A stretch of DNA of 64,000 nt from NCBI RefSeq assembly GCF_009914755.1, contig NC_060937.1; one strand, 5' to 3'. Source of the stretch: the human T2T-CHM13v2.0 reference genome, Homo sapiens. This document shows positions 40,302 through 55,083 of the stretch, piece after piece (position 1 is the first letter of the stretch; every line of letters begins with the position of its first letter). A program made the position numbers and the translations under genes. Under the pieces are notes generated by a model. The model made no database searches, was not told where the DNA came from, and saw only the letters and a program-made list of their open reading frames with translations.

Positions 40302-40591
40302 TTTTTTTTTTTTTAAGTTCCAGGATACATGTGCAGAATGTGCAGATTTGTTACATAGGTACACATGTGCCATGGTGGTTTGCTGCAACTATTAACCCGT
40401 CATTCAGGTTTTAAGCACAGCATGCATTAGGTATTTGTCCTAACGCTCTCCTTCCCCTTGCCCCGCAACCCCCAACAGGCCCCAGTGTGTGATGTTCCCC
40501 TCCCTGTGTCCATGTGTTCTCACCGTCAACTCCCACTTATGAGTGACAACATACGGTGTTTGGTTTTCTGTTCCTGTGTTAGTTTGCTGAG
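40302..40591 (-). mobile_element. L1PA7/8-like 5'-truncated LINE-1
   Basis: Poly(T) then AAGTTCCAGGATACATGTGCAGAATGTGCAG..CATGCATTAGGTATTTGTCCTAA..TTAGTTTGCTGAG. Confidence 0.92.
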
Positions 40592-40595
40592 ACAT

Positions 40596-41677
40596 TGAGA
40601 GATGACAACGTGCTAGCAGCCCTTGCTCACTCTGGGCGCTTCCTCGGCCTTGGCGTCTGCTCTGGCCGGCTTGAGGAGCCCTTTGGCCCGCTGCTGCTCC
40701 GTGGGGGCCCCCTCTCTGGGGCTGGCCGAGGCTGGAGCCGGCTCCCTCTGCTGGCGGGGGGGGTGTGGAGTGGGAGGCGCGGGCGGGAGCCGGGGCTGTG
40801 CACGGCCCTTGTGGCTCTGCGCAGGTTCTGGGTGGGCCAGGGTTCCGCGGCCCCGCGGGCCGGCACTCAGCGCCGCCGGCCGGCGGGCGCCTGCTGGGCT
40901 TGATTAGGGGACCAGCTCCCTCTGGGCTGCCGGACTGCCCAGGCTAGGTGCTGCAAAGTCCCTAGGCGAGTGCCACTGAAGGATGAAGCCAGCTGGGCTT
41001 CTCGGACCGGTGGGGACTTGGAGACCTTTTCTGTCTAGCTAAAGGAGTGTAAACGCAACAATCAGCACTCTGTGTCTAGCTAAAGGTTTGTAAACACACC
41101 AATCAGCACTCTGTCAAAACGAACCAGTCAGCTCTCTGTAAAATGGACCAATCAGCTCTCTGTAAAATGGCCCAATCAGTAGGATGTGGGTGGGACCAGA
41201 TAAGGGAATAAAAGCGGGCCACCCCAGCCAGCAGAGTCAGCCTACTCAGATTTCCTATCCGTGATGTGGGAGCGTTGATTTTTTGCGTTTTTTTTTTGCT
41301 CTTCAGGAATGAGTCTCGCTGTTGCTCATTCTGTGGATCCCTGCTGCGTTTATAAGCTGTAACGCTCAGCGCTAAGGTCTGCAGGTTCAGTCCTAAAACC
41401 AGTGAGACCAGCGACCCACCAGAAAAAATTAGCAACTGCAGACGCGACGCCTTTAAGAGCTGTAACACTCATCGCGAAGGTTTGCAGCTTCACTCCTGAA
41501 GCCAGGGAGACCACGAACTCACCAGAAGAAATAAACTCCGGACACATTTGAGCATCTGAAGGAACAAACTCCGAACACACCATCTTTTAAGAACTGTAAC
41601 ACTCACTGCGAGGGTCCAAGGGTCTGCAGCTTCATTTTTGAAGTCACCAAGACCAAGAACCACAAATTCTGGACACA
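40596..41677 (+). mobile_element. LTR12-family (ERV9) solo LTR, LTR12D/E-like
   Basis: Begins TGAGAGATGACAACGTGCTAGCAGCCCT and ends AATTCTGGACACA; CCAATCAG repeats; GCTGTAACACTC repeats; TSD ACAT at 40592-40595 and 41678-41681. Confidence 0.95.
41030..41240 (+). promoter_or_regulatory. LTR12 U3 promoter (NF-Y CCAAT repeats, GATA site, AATAAA TATA-like box)
   Basis: CCAATCAG at ~41099, ~41148 and ~41172; AGATAA at ~41198; GAATAAAAG at ~41206. This is the known ERV9 LTR promoter layout; activity is not shown by sequence. Confidence 0.6.
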
Positions 41678-41962
41678 ACATCATTTCCTGTGGGATCATA
41701 TTCTGGAATCACAGAGGTAATTTATTCCAACGCAAATCAGAATTGCAATCTATGTAACAATATTACCTACACTTTTAATTGTTCACCTCCCTTCTATTTG
41801 AGCACCTTTAGAGACAGGAACTCAGAATACTCACTCCACTTGCATATCACCATCTACATGCCGCTTACATGCTGAAAATTTTATATTTACCAATTGCCTA
41901 CTCACTTGAATTTTTAATAGGTATCTCAAACTTGACGTGAGTAAAACTGGGCCCTGACCCTT

Positions 41963-42000
41963 TGTGTGTGTGTGTGTGGGTGGGTGGGTGGAGGGGGGGG
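41963..42000. repeat. Compound (GT)n(GGGT)n G-run microsatellite
   Basis: Read directly. Confidence 0.9.
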
Positions 42001-42471
42001 TCAAAAAACAATATATTTTCCATTTTGTTTTGAAAATTCTGAAAAATCTAAAAAAGCTTAAAATATCTATAATCATGCTATTTTGAAAATCATAAAGAAG
42101 TAAAATTCTATTCCCCAACCCACTTTCTAGAGAAACGTTGAGTATCATGACACATTGTTTGGTGGAGAAATAACCAAAAAAAAAAAAAAAACTAATTTCT
42201 GGGAAGATCAGGTTTTACTGCAGAGGAAAAAGAATCTAGCTGGTTTAGAGAGAAACAGTTTTATCACTGGAGTATTACATAAGATTTTATGACTGTTGGG
42301 AGACTTGAAGAGGTGAACTCCAAGCTGCTCTTCCAGCAACAAATTCCCAAGCAGAGTGGGGTGGTGCCAGCTCCACAACCAGCTGTTCTGTTATTGTCTT
42401 CATCAGCAAAGGGGTGGCTCACACCCTGACTGTCTTCCAGGTTATCTCAGTTTCTTTAAAAAAAAAAAAAA

Positions 42472-42811
42472 TTCAATAGGTTTTTGGGGAACAGGTGGTG
42501 TTTTGTTACATGGATATGTTCTTTAGTGGTGATTTCTGAGATTTTGGTGCACCCATCACTTGAGCAGTGTACGCTGTACCCAATGTGTAGTCTTTTCTCT
42601 CTCACCCCCATTTCACCCTTCCAAAGTCCGTTGTGTCATTCTTATGCCTTTGTGTCCTCAAAGCTTAGGCCCACTTACAAGTGAGTATATACAATGTTTG
42701 GTTTTCCATTTCTGAGTTACTTCACTTAGAATGATAGTCTCCAATTCCATCCAGGTTGTTACAAATGCCATTATTTTGCTCCTTTTTATGGCTGTGTAGT
42801 ATTCCATGGTG

Positions 42812-42852
<41 letters not shown>

Positions 42853-43072
42853 CATTTTCCTTATCCATGCATTGATTGATGGGCATTTGGGTTAATTCCA
42901 TATTTTTTTCAATTGCTAATTGTGCTGCTATTAACACGTGTGCAAGTCCTTTTCATATTATGACTTATTTTCTTCTGGGTAGATACCCAATAGTGGGATT
43001 GCTGGATCGAATGGTAGATCTACTTTTAGTTCTTTTTGGAATCTCCACACTGTTTTCCATAGTGGTTGTAAT
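42472..43072 (-). mobile_element. L1PB1-like 3' end containing (TA)n(GA)n
   Basis: TTCAATAGGTTTTTGGGGAACAGGTGGTG..TTTAGTGGTGATTTCTGAGATTTTGGTGCACCCATCAC. Confidence 0.9.
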
Positions 43073-45639
43073 ATTATGATAAACATTAATTCTCACTACT
43101 CTAATTTGAAAGCAAAATTTGTTAGGTAGTTACTTCTACTTTTAAGACCCACATTATTTCTCTTCTGAATGTTTTAGGTTATGCTTCTTTAGAATACCAC
43201 AGTCAATTTAATTCATAACTCTGACTCATAGTTGTATTAAAATTCTGCTGTCTTGTATATCTTTTTGTATATATATATATATGTGCATTTCATGCTCATG
43301 CTTATTAAATATAGAATTTAAAGAGTATTAGTTTTGTCCCAATCCAGAAAAAATTTGGATGATAACTTTGTTGAGAAATCAGTATTATTTTCTCTCAACG
43401 TATTGTTTTATTTTAATTTTATATCATCCTGATTTTCTTCAATGAAATAAACTGGGTAGTATTTTATATATCTAATATTTCATATCCCAAGTTCTGCTAA
43501 CTTTGACTTCAGGATTAAGACTCTTAATTGCTCATGGATGTTTATCAAAATCAGATTAATCAAAAGATTTAGCAAATGTGCCTCGTTTTCTTGATTAAAA
43601 GCAATCAAATGCTGAATGTTTTCCAAGTAATCTAAGGGGGAAAAAAAGATCTAAATGACACCACATGCTTCCAATTGAAAATAGAGTAGAGTGCGTGACA
43701 GCTTCATTAAAGCCTTGTTATAAACCACTTTTAACAAAAACAACAAAAATCAACATACCCAACAAATCTGAACCGTGGGAAGAATACTACTGGATAACTT
43801 TGCCATTCTTTTCCTCCCTCTGGCTAAGTAACTTTATTCAATATTTTTATCTGGTAGCTAAATACTCTTATGTAATCAACAAGATGTCTAGAATTTTTCT
43901 TCTCTCGTAATGTTAGTCTTGAAGCAGTATCACTTCCCTTTAGTGAAGAAAAAGAGTATATTATACTGATTTTGTGAAATATTTTTGATTTAGTATAAAG
44001 AGCAACCATACTTTCACTGTCATGCAGTGTTCAAATAAAAATTATATATCTGGCGATGGTGATATACCTGTAAAAATTCAAACTTTCTCTTTAAAATAAT
44101 CTATTGATAATGTTCCAGAAAAGTTAATCTAAGAGTTTAGCAATGATCAAAGTTTTTCAATTTTGCCAACTTCATTTCTATAAATCTATTGTAATTTTGT
44201 TGAGATTTTGTTTTGTTGTCACTACTGACAAATATAAAAATGGTACTATATGATATTCAGTTCTATCGGATGTTTATTTGTATTTATCAGATGTTTACTT
44301 TTTAATTCTACAGAAACATTTTCAAGATAATTTATTGGAGAGTTATCTGAGAGAATTTTCATCAGATATTTATATGAACTGAGTCTATAATTCTTTTGTC
44401 TATCAAATTGATAATGCAGACTGGAAAATCCACTTAATAGAAATTGAGGCAATTTAGAATAAGAGAGGAAATTACAAAGAAAAGCTAATAATGGCACTGA
44501 AACAAAAAGAGAATTCAGAACATGATGGCTGGGAATGACCTAATCTTTACCCCGTCTCCTTCTGTTGTTTCTGTTGCGTGCCAGAGAGCTCATATTTAAG
44601 CTCAAGAAAAACAAAAATGAGAATGCCTAACAGGCTAAATTGTATTTTCTATGTGTGCATTTCCTACACAAAAGTATAGCATTTTATGATTTCCAACATA
44701 TTTTATTAAAATGCATAATATATCTATTCACACGTAAATGTTCTTATAATGTCTATCACATTTAAGTGGAAATTTTTACATTTCCATCTAATTTTAGTTT
44801 CTTTAACTATAAAAGATTTACGCAGGCTCTGGTTATATGTGATTCATACACACAAGAATGTACACACACACATTTTTAAACATGTATAATGGCAGTGTAT
44901 GCGTTAAAATTATATTGACAAAATATGAGTAGATTTCTGATGTATCTGTGAACTCTTCAGTACATCAAAAAGGAAATAAATTTCTTTACTTGCTGTTTTC
45001 TCTTTCTACTGTGTCTGTAAACATGCTGCATTTATTTCTCCCTTAAGTGGTATATTTACTTTCTGCAAGACCACGAGGCTCTATTTCCATGGTACACTTG
45101 AAAAAAAAAATTAGCCCAAATAATTTCAAACCAGAGTTTTTCAGTCTTCACATGATTCACCTACTCTACTTTTATACTCGCTTTCATGTAAAGATCTAAG
45201 TAATGTCAGATTTGGGGAGAGAGGCTTGGACAAATATATAAAATATGGCATGTGCTGCCTGCTATGAGAGACTACAAATTTTCTATCACTTGAGGTCAGT
45301 AGTAGAACTGAATATTATATGCAACATTTATGAATCAGATGTGAAAATATGGCCTGTATGGATTCTAAGGAACTTCACAAGTACACTTTTCTGAGTTAAT
45401 TTACATATTTTTTATTACTTACATGTATATGATAGTGTTTTTATATAGTGCATGTTCTTATTTCCAGTTCATTGATATTCTCTTGTCCTCTTTATTACTT
45501 GGCAGATCATAGTGCTGATAAGCAACTGAAAAGGATTAAATTCTAACATCTCTTGTAGTGTGCTTGCATCTAAATGAATGCACCACAAATATTTGTGGTC
45601 TTCTCAACTGTCAGCACCAGAATAGTCATGTGTGCTATT

Positions 45640-46171
45640 GATGGTTCTAGTTATCTCTTGTTACATAACAAACTGTCACAAAACTGTATCTTAAAGCAAA
45701 AAATATTACTTCTTTCAAATTTGTAGATTGAGCTCAGTTGACTTCTTGATTGTGGTTTTCTATGTGGTTTTAGTCAGATAATGGCTAGCATTGTAGATAT
45801 CTCAAGATTTCTTTACTTACGTGTCTGATGTTTGGGTTGGAATGACAAGAATAGCTGTAGGCCGAGGAAGCTTTTTTGTCTTTAGGCAGCCCCTTCCTGT
45901 GGGCTTTCTCAAAACATGGCAATCTCAAAGCTATTGGACATCTTGCATGGTGGCCAGCTTTCCCCAGAGTGAAGTTTCCAAAAGACTAAAGCAAGAGCCA
46001 ACAATTTTTCCTATAATCTTATAACCAGAAAAATCAGTGCCACTTTTGCTGCACTCTATTATAGGGCCAGCCTAGATCTAAAGAGGGAGGAAAGGGAATT
46101 TACAAGGAAATGAACGCTAGGAAGTGTGGTTCACTGGGTAGGAAGGATTGTCTTCTAGATTAACTACCACA
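45640..46171 (-). mobile_element. MLT1 (F/H-like) MaLR LTR
   Basis: TTACATAACAAAC..CAAAAC..CTTAAAGCAA..CATGGTGGC..CCAGAGT..CACTCTATT..CTACCACA. Confidence 0.75.
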
Positions 46172-47789
46172 ATGTTAACCAAATCAAGAAAATTTTTAAA
46201 AATCTGATTTTTAAAAATAATTGTTACTAGAAAGATCAATCCAACAAAATTTAAATAATTATCTTGAGATTTCATTTACCTGCATTGCAGTGGGTGTTGA
46301 AATGTAATTATGTGTGAAAAATTTATCTATTGATTTACTTATTTTGCTATAAACACATTCTGCTAGATCAATGAAGTTCCCATTAAAATATGATGTTTCT
46401 CAGTAGTCACAATAAATCTGCTTCACAGTGTTAAGACAGCTAGCTGATGACTTTCAGCTCTTTATCGACTGTATGACAGAGAACTCTGGGACATCAGTCA
46501 ATCATTTGCCAAGAGAATGTAAAATGTACAGAGCTATTTTCCCTGAAAATATGATAATTTTCCCCATGAAATTCCTGTGGACTCCTTATGAGATTCAGGA
46601 TAATCCTCAATTTGTGCAAACTTACTTAGATTTCAGTACAAACTTTGGTCTTATTTCTAATATTTATTGTTCTTTTTTAAATCAACAATATAAAATCATT
46701 GTATCCCACTCGAGATCATTCAGTCTAAATTTTAGCATTAACTACCTCTTGACAAAAGAATAGTTTTAAAACTTGATGATTAGAGAACATTTCTAAAGGA
46801 AATCATAACTATACTGAAATTATTTTACCACTGACAGTCACTGATAATCATTTTTTGGGTTGGTCATTTTTGCCTGTGTCTGCAAGAGGAATATTGATCA
46901 GGTTCCCTCTGCTCTAATTTGACCCAAATAAGATTAAACACCTAACTGCATGGCGTATTTTGCCAATGGAACTACATTCTGGGATAGGGCCAAGCCCATT
47001 CAGCAATATTAATTGATGCATTACTTCTAGGTCAGATAGACTTTCTAGAATATTTCAATCCATATTAAATTCCTCCTCACACATCTTAAGGATCAATTTG
47101 TGTGTAATTCTCGAGGATGATAATGTTTTATTCACTTGATAAAAATAGATGATTGTGTCTAGATTATTTATCTATCCATACTTAGAGATGTTACATTCAT
47201 CGAGTTTTACTAAAATTATTACTGTCCCAAACTTTTAAGCTCTTGTTTGGGAAGTATGTCATCCAGATTTTGTAACACCCAGGTGTTTTACACATTTCAA
47301 GTTCAGATTATTCAACTAATCATTTTAAATACAGCTTTTAGACTCATATGCCAGAAAACCAAAAGTGATATTATTATGATTTTTCAATTTTCTTTATTTA
47401 TGCTAACCAGATTATTAAAAAGACTCAATAATCGGTAGTTTAATCACTGTACCTTAGTACTCATGCAAAACAAAGATGGTAAAAATAATCTTATTGAGGC
47501 TTCAAAAGGTTTTTTTGGTCAATATTAAATTTTCTTTAGGTGCACATTCTTTTTTACTTATTAAGTATCTGACACCATTGTTAAATAAGTGGCATAGAAA
47601 CAATCACACTCACGTTTGGGAAAAAAAGACTTTAGAGTAAATTGTGTATTTTCTGTCAAAACGGGCAAATGATGCTACTAAAGAATCACTATAAAGAAAT
47701 AATCTAAAATTAATTATTTTAGAAGTGAATATTTTGGATAGATATGTTGCAACTATGAGATACTTTTTAAAATGATAAACATATAACCT

Positions 47790-48350
47790 ATTTCATTTTT
47801 TTTACAGGTAATATCCTATAATTCATGAATTTCAAGTATATAATTCAGTTTTTAGGTAAATTTACCAAGCAGTGCAAACATTAAAATAAATCCATTTTCA
47901 AACATTTCTATCATCCAGTAAAATCCATCCAGCCTACTTATTGTCAATCTCTTCCCACCTCCCTCAACTCTCACCCCAGGTAACCACTATTTTCCTTTCT
48001 GTCTCTATAGATTCCAGATTTCATGTCATTTCTTATAAATGGTACAACAAAATAGATGGTCATTTTTGCCTGACTTTTTAATTTACATAATATTTTTCAA
48101 GTTTATTCATACTTATTATGAATAATGCTACTGAGAGCATTAGTGTACAGTTCTCATGTGAATATGTTGGGTATTCACATACCCAAAGAAAATTAAATTG
48201 ATACACCATATAGTAAAACTAGGTTTAACTTTCTAGGAAACTATCAAACTGTTTTCTAACATAGTCATTTAGTGTGTGTAAAATAGTATATCGTTGTGGT
48301 TTTAATGTTGTTGACTATCTTTTCATGTAGTTATTAACCATTAGCACATC
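47790..48350 (-). mobile_element. L1M(E) 3' end relic
   Basis: CCCCAGGTAACCACT..CTTTCTGTCTCTATAGATT..TATGAATAATGCTACT..GAAACTATCAAACTGTTTTC. Confidence 0.7.
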
Positions 48351-49904
48351 CTGTGTAATCCTTTTGAGAATATTTTGTCTTTGGAGGTCACAGCTGACAG
48401 CAGTAACTAAACCATTTTTTTAATAGAATGATTTATTAAGACTATTTTGAAAAAGACTGTGTGAGAATCCTCATGTCATAATTGGTGTTGGGATGGGCTT
48501 AAAAGTATAAAACTAAAATTGCAGTGCTTTGCTTGAGGATGTTCTTATGCAATCTGAATTTCATGCAAAATAATTATCTGGGGATTATTATGATGCATTC
48601 AGCATATAGTGTCTTAGCTCAACTCAGACTTAAGTGAGTAAATGACTTCTCAGGTAGATTTGCTAGTTAGGCTTGTCATTAATAAAATCATGTTAACCCT
48701 GTTCTTAACTGGATCCTTAAGCCATGTGGTTTCTATGCAATTGGCTGTGTAACAATAGTTTTCTAGGTATTTCTTTAGGCATTGACTCTAACCATCAGTC
48801 TTGAAGTAATAATTACTCAATATTTGTCAAAATATCACTTAAGACCTCTACTTCTAGAAATATGATGGTTGAGATAATATGAAAATCCACCTGCTGTATC
48901 ACATACAGGATAAATGTCAATAAAAATAATTTTATATGCACAGAAGATCTTGTAAAGCAAGAGAAAACTCCAAATACTACTCAGCCCCCACCCCTCAAAA
49001 AAAAAAAAAAAAAAAAGAGTAGCAAGAATGTGACTTCAGAGTAGAATAGCAAACAAACATGGACTCTGGAATGTACAGCACTTTTGAACCTTGGTTTGAG
49101 CCCATGTCAGTGGACAACAAACCTGAACCTACAAAAAAAATTGTATATTCTCAATAGGTGAATAGGTAGACTAGAACAAAATTCAACTTGCTAGGCATGG
49201 TAAGGGCTTTATAAAGAAAAGTGTCTGCCTGTACCATAACCTAGGAAAAGAATTATTAATAATAACAAGCTAATAATAACAGCAATAACAAAAAAAGCCT
49301 GACTTTAAGTTGTCTTGAGGTTTGAATTTTTATTATTTGGATGATCATGGAAAATGGAAATCACAAGTTAGGAAAATATTTAAAGCTTGATAGTGTCTCT
49401 GACACCCAGAAGAAGCAAATACACAATTTCTCTAGAGAAATCATGTTCTACTGAGGCTATTAAGGATTTCCACAGCAAATATTTAGCCAATTATTAGCTA
49501 CCAATAAAAAAAGTACAAGTTACATTAGCAAGATACTGTCATAAAAATGACAATATCCCTCACGGATTTGGTATTCTGGAATTATGAAATACAGAATAAA
49601 AGGAAACGCTTAATATATCCCCCACAAATTTTTTAATGAAACAACATAGCAATAGCAAGAAACCATTAAAAATAGGTTAAAACAAGGCACTTAAAAACAC
49701 CAAGTAGGACACCTATCTGGATTCTAAAGGTAAGCCATTCTTTCCCATGTTGTCCCCACATGCTAGACTGCTCTGCATCTCATCTCAGTTTCTTTTTTTT
49801 TTCCTGCTTTATTTGGCGCCGGGGAGACTTACCTACTCTCTTAAAAGTTTAGCTGAGCATGTAAAATTATATTTATTATGATTTATAAAGCATCCGGGTG
49901 ATAT

Positions 49905-50600
49905 AGTGCAATAGTTTAGATGTTCATCTCTCCAAACTTTATTTAAATTTGATCCCCAAGTTGGAGGTGGGGCCTAATGGGAGGTGTTTGGGTCATGGGG
50001 GCAGATCCTTCATGAATAGAACCCTGCTCTCTGGGACAGAGTTGGAGTGAGTGAGTTCTCATTCTGTTCTCATGAGGGCTGGTTGTTAAAAAGAGCCTGG
50101 TGGCCGGGCACAGTGGCTCACACCTGTAATCCCGGTACTTTGGCCCAAGTGGATAGATCACTTGAGGTCAGGAGTTACAGATCAGCCTGGCCCACATGGT
50201 GAAACACTGTCTCTACTAAAAATACAAAAAAAAAAAAAAAAAAAAAAATTTGGCAGGCATGGTGGCAGGCACCTGTAATCACACCTACTCAGGATGCTGA
50301 GGCAGGAGAATTGCTGGAGCCCGGGAGGCAGAGGTTGCAGTGAGCCGAGATCATGCCACTGCATCCTGGTACCTAATTCCCCTCCTCCTCTTGTTTCCTC
50401 TCTCACCATGTGATCTCTACACACAAGCTCCCCTCTGCCTTCTGCCATAATTGGAAGTAGCTTGAGGCCCTCATCAAAAGCACACGTCAGCACTATGCTT
50501 CTTGTACAGCCTACAGAAGTGCATCAAATAAACCTCTATTCTTTATAAATTACCCAGCCCGAGATGTTTCTTTATAGCAATACAAATGGACGAAGACTTA
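49905..50600 (+). mobile_element. MSTB-like MaLR solo LTR interrupted by an Alu
   Basis: TTGATCCCCAAGTTGGAGGTGGGGCCTAATGGGAGGTGTTTGGGTCATGGGGGCAGATCC..AATAAACCTC..TTTATAAATTACCCAG..TTTATAGCAA. Confidence 0.92.
50102..50364 (+). mobile_element. AluS lacking its 3' end and tail
   Basis: GGCCGGGCACAGTGGCTCAC through GAGATCATGCCACTGCA, then MST sequence resumes; ~23-A middle linker. Confidence 0.9.
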
Positions 50601-50919
50601 CAGCAAGAGGATTTTTAAGAATATTTCATTTTTAATATTCCTGGAGATAAAAGTGTCAAGTAATATTTTGACAGAGAGTAATCTTTACAATACCTTTTAA
50701 GAAAGCAGTTTAATGCATTTGTCTTCGACATTGATAAAAATAAAATTTGTTTTATCTTGCATACTGTGTAATTGCTAAATGCTCCTCTCATTTTGATGTT
50801 TTCTAATCATATAATTTTTGATTTTCCACAAACCCTACGTAGATTCTATTATTTGTGAAAAAGATTATTTTATTCTACCTTTCCTTTCTTATTTCTTTTA
50901 TCTGATTTAAGTTTTTAGA

Positions 50920-52250
<1,331 letters not shown>

Positions 52251-52271
52251 TTCATCAGCAAAAACAATTTA

Positions 52272-52430
52272 TTTTTTTGTTTTTGTTTTTGAGACTGGGT
52301 CTTGATCTGTTGCCCCAGCTGGATTGCAATGCTGTGATCATAGCTCACTGCAGACTCTAATTACTGAGATTAATCAATCCTTCTGCCTCAGCCTCCCAAG
52401 TAACTGGGCAGAAGCCACTACACCTGGCTA
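52272..52430 (-). mobile_element. FRAM/AluJ right monomer
   Basis: TTTTTGAGACTGGGTCTTG..GATCATAGCTCACTGCAG..CCTCAGCCTCCCAAGTA..CACCTGGCTA. Confidence 0.8.
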
Positions 52431-52609
52431 AGAACAGTGTTTTAACAAAGATAAAACCAAGCTCTGCCTTAAAGAAGCATGGAAAAGTCAAATATATTAA
52501 AATTAATATATTATTTTTTAAACCAAAGAAAATACCTGGAAGTGCATATACAAAGTGAATATAATGAACAAATGATTATTTTTTTACCACATATTAATTA
52601 GGAGATTGA

Positions 52610-53030
52610 GGGCTAAGCAGTGAGAACAAATAAGAATTAACATTCAGATGAGTACTACATTGAAAGTTGTATTTCTTTTCTTACAGTGCAAACAGAGTGA
52701 CCTTGGTTAGTGGTGGCAGTATATGTGTGTGGGGGAGTATGTATGTATGTGTCACGGACAGGTGAGAGAAGGTAGGAAGAGGGTTTGTTTGACACAATCA
52801 TTTAGGGAAGAATCATTAACTTTCTTTTCCAAGTTTGTGCTTTGGTCCCCATCCCAATCTTCAGAAAGGGAAAGCATTGAGTAAGACTGTATTGAAAGGT
52901 TGTTTTGTATCTGTCCTGGATGTGACACACGTAATTTCCACTCATATTCCATTGGCTGGGACTCAGCAGCATGATATACTCCATCATAAAATGAGACTGA
53001 GAAGTGTAACCCGGAATGTCCCAAGATAAA
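52610..53030 (-). mobile_element. MLT1J/K-like MaLR LTR
   Basis: GTGACACAC..TTCCACTCATATTCCATTGGC..GAGACTGAGAAGTGTA. Confidence 0.65.
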
Positions 53031-53099
53031 AAATAAGAATAAAATTTTGGTAACAGCTATCAGATCTTCTCACAATATGCAAACAACTCACATAGTCAA

Positions 53100-54005
53100 T
53101 AGAAATGGTGAAATATACCCTATTTCAAAAGTAGCTGAAAATCCATACACATATTTTAAAGAAATGCAACAGAACTGTGACTAAATGCAACATTATAAAT
53201 AAATAAGGATACACAAAACCAAACCAAAATAAAAAATATTTTACCCATTGTGGTCAAAAATTAAAATGAATACAAAAGCCAGGTGAAGGCGCATAGCTAG
53301 TTATATTGTAAATTACACTGTAAATTAGTACACCCAATTGTGAGTTGGTTCAGACAGTTAGGGAATAATTTGGCAATATCTGATAAAAGACAAGATTCAC
53401 ATACTCTATTACTCAACAATTTTGTTCCTTTACATAAATTCCTAAAAATTCTTTCACATGCACACCAGAAGAAATATATCAAAATATTTAGAGTAATAGC
53501 ATTCAGAAAAGTGATCATCTAGAAATAATTCAAATGTTCACTAACAAAAAAATGGATACATATATTATGGCTCATTCATAGAATAAATGCCTGCAACAAC
53601 TGTGAAATAAACTAATGATACTGATAGCAACATAGATGAATTCAAAAACATAAAATTGAATTAAAAAGGACAAAATCATAGAAAATTATTTATCATAGGA
53701 TATTTTGTATAGTTTAAAATTCAAACTAAAAAATGCATTGTCAAACTAAAACATATTTTATATGTGTGCATATATATATAATTTCAATTAAAACCAATAA
53801 ATGTTGAACACAGAAGAACAGAGGTTATCCACACTGAAAAGACAGAAGAATGTCATCTGAAAGATGATCATATTTGGGTTTTTTCCTTGCTTTAAACTGA
53901 GTTGCAGATCTAGACCATTTATTTATTTTGTTTAAAAATTATATAGATTCAATATAATATATTTTTTCTTTTATATAAGTGATACTTCTTACAATAAAAT
54001 ATTTA
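53100..54005 (+). mobile_element. L1ME 3' end relic
   Basis: GTAAATTAGTACA..AATTTGGCAATATCT..TCAAATGTTCA..AATGGATA..GCAACATAGATGAAT. Confidence 0.7.
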
Positions 54006-54803
54006 AAATTGATTAAGATCAGCAAGACAGTTTATCAATCCACTCCTCCTGATTTTCAAAATTATATCACCAAATAAAACCAGATCAGCTGAGAGATATG
54101 TAACCACCCATATAGTTTCTGATGTTCTACTTTAAATTTATTTTACTCTTCTGTTGCCCTTTTCTATTTTTATAGAATACTTAAGTGCTATATTCACAGA
54201 TTTACCCTTACAGATGTCCTGATTTCATTTTATCAATTTTCTATCTTGTAATATTTTATATTTTATATACTTAATATAGTTTCTGCATATACTTCTGTAT
54301 AATAGGAATTTTGCATATGTTTTATGTAAGTAGCAATTCCAAAAATATGACTATAATACTATATTCTAATTTTATGATAATTTTAAGCATTATGCTTTTA
54401 TATTCCTAAGAGCAGTTTAATAAAGAACATCCATGAAATTAATTAAGCAATGCTACTTAAAAACTGGTGAACACAATTTTTCAGTATGCAAAAATTTAAC
54501 AGTTCTATTCATGCCCAGTGAAGTTTCTGCTAAAATCGTATCCTTGTTTACTTCATTCCCAGACAGCGTAAATGATTTAGTTAGGAGAAGCAAGAATTCA
54601 GAAAGGAAGCAAGAAACCAGGAGTCAAAAAGCAATTAGCAGAAGCTGACAGTGTGGCTGAACTTAATAAAACACTAATAATTGTCTCTCTAATTCTTAAA
54701 GGAAAAATTTGAAGCCATTCACTGCTGAAAATTATATTTGAAAATAAAACATTCTGTCAGTCTTTAATGATCTGAGATCTATTCTTAATTCTTTGTGATA
54801 CTC

Positions 54804-55083
54804 TTTTTTTTTTTTTTTTTTTTTTTGAGACTGAGTCTCACTCTGTTCCCCAGGCTGGAGTGCAAGCTCCACCTCCCGGGTTCACACCACTGTCCTGCCT
54901 CAGCCTCCCGAGTAGCTGGAACTACAGGCGTCTGCCACCATGTCCAGCTAATTTTTTGTGTTTTTAGTAGAGACGGGGTTTCACCGTGTTAGCCAGAATG
55001 GTCTCAATCTCCTGACCTTGTGACCCACCTGCCTCGGCCTCCCAAAGTGCTGGGATTACAGGCGTGAGCCAGCATGCCAGGCC
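54804..55083 (-). mobile_element. AluY with 24-bp internal deletion
   Basis: GCAAGCTCC..GGGTTCACACC, CACCGTGTTAGCCAGAATGGTCTC; poly(T). Confidence 0.95.

Noticed and set aside
40595-41699. GC-rich ORFs and a CpG island as a host-gene promoter or exon
   Set aside because: Entirely within the LTR12 solo LTR
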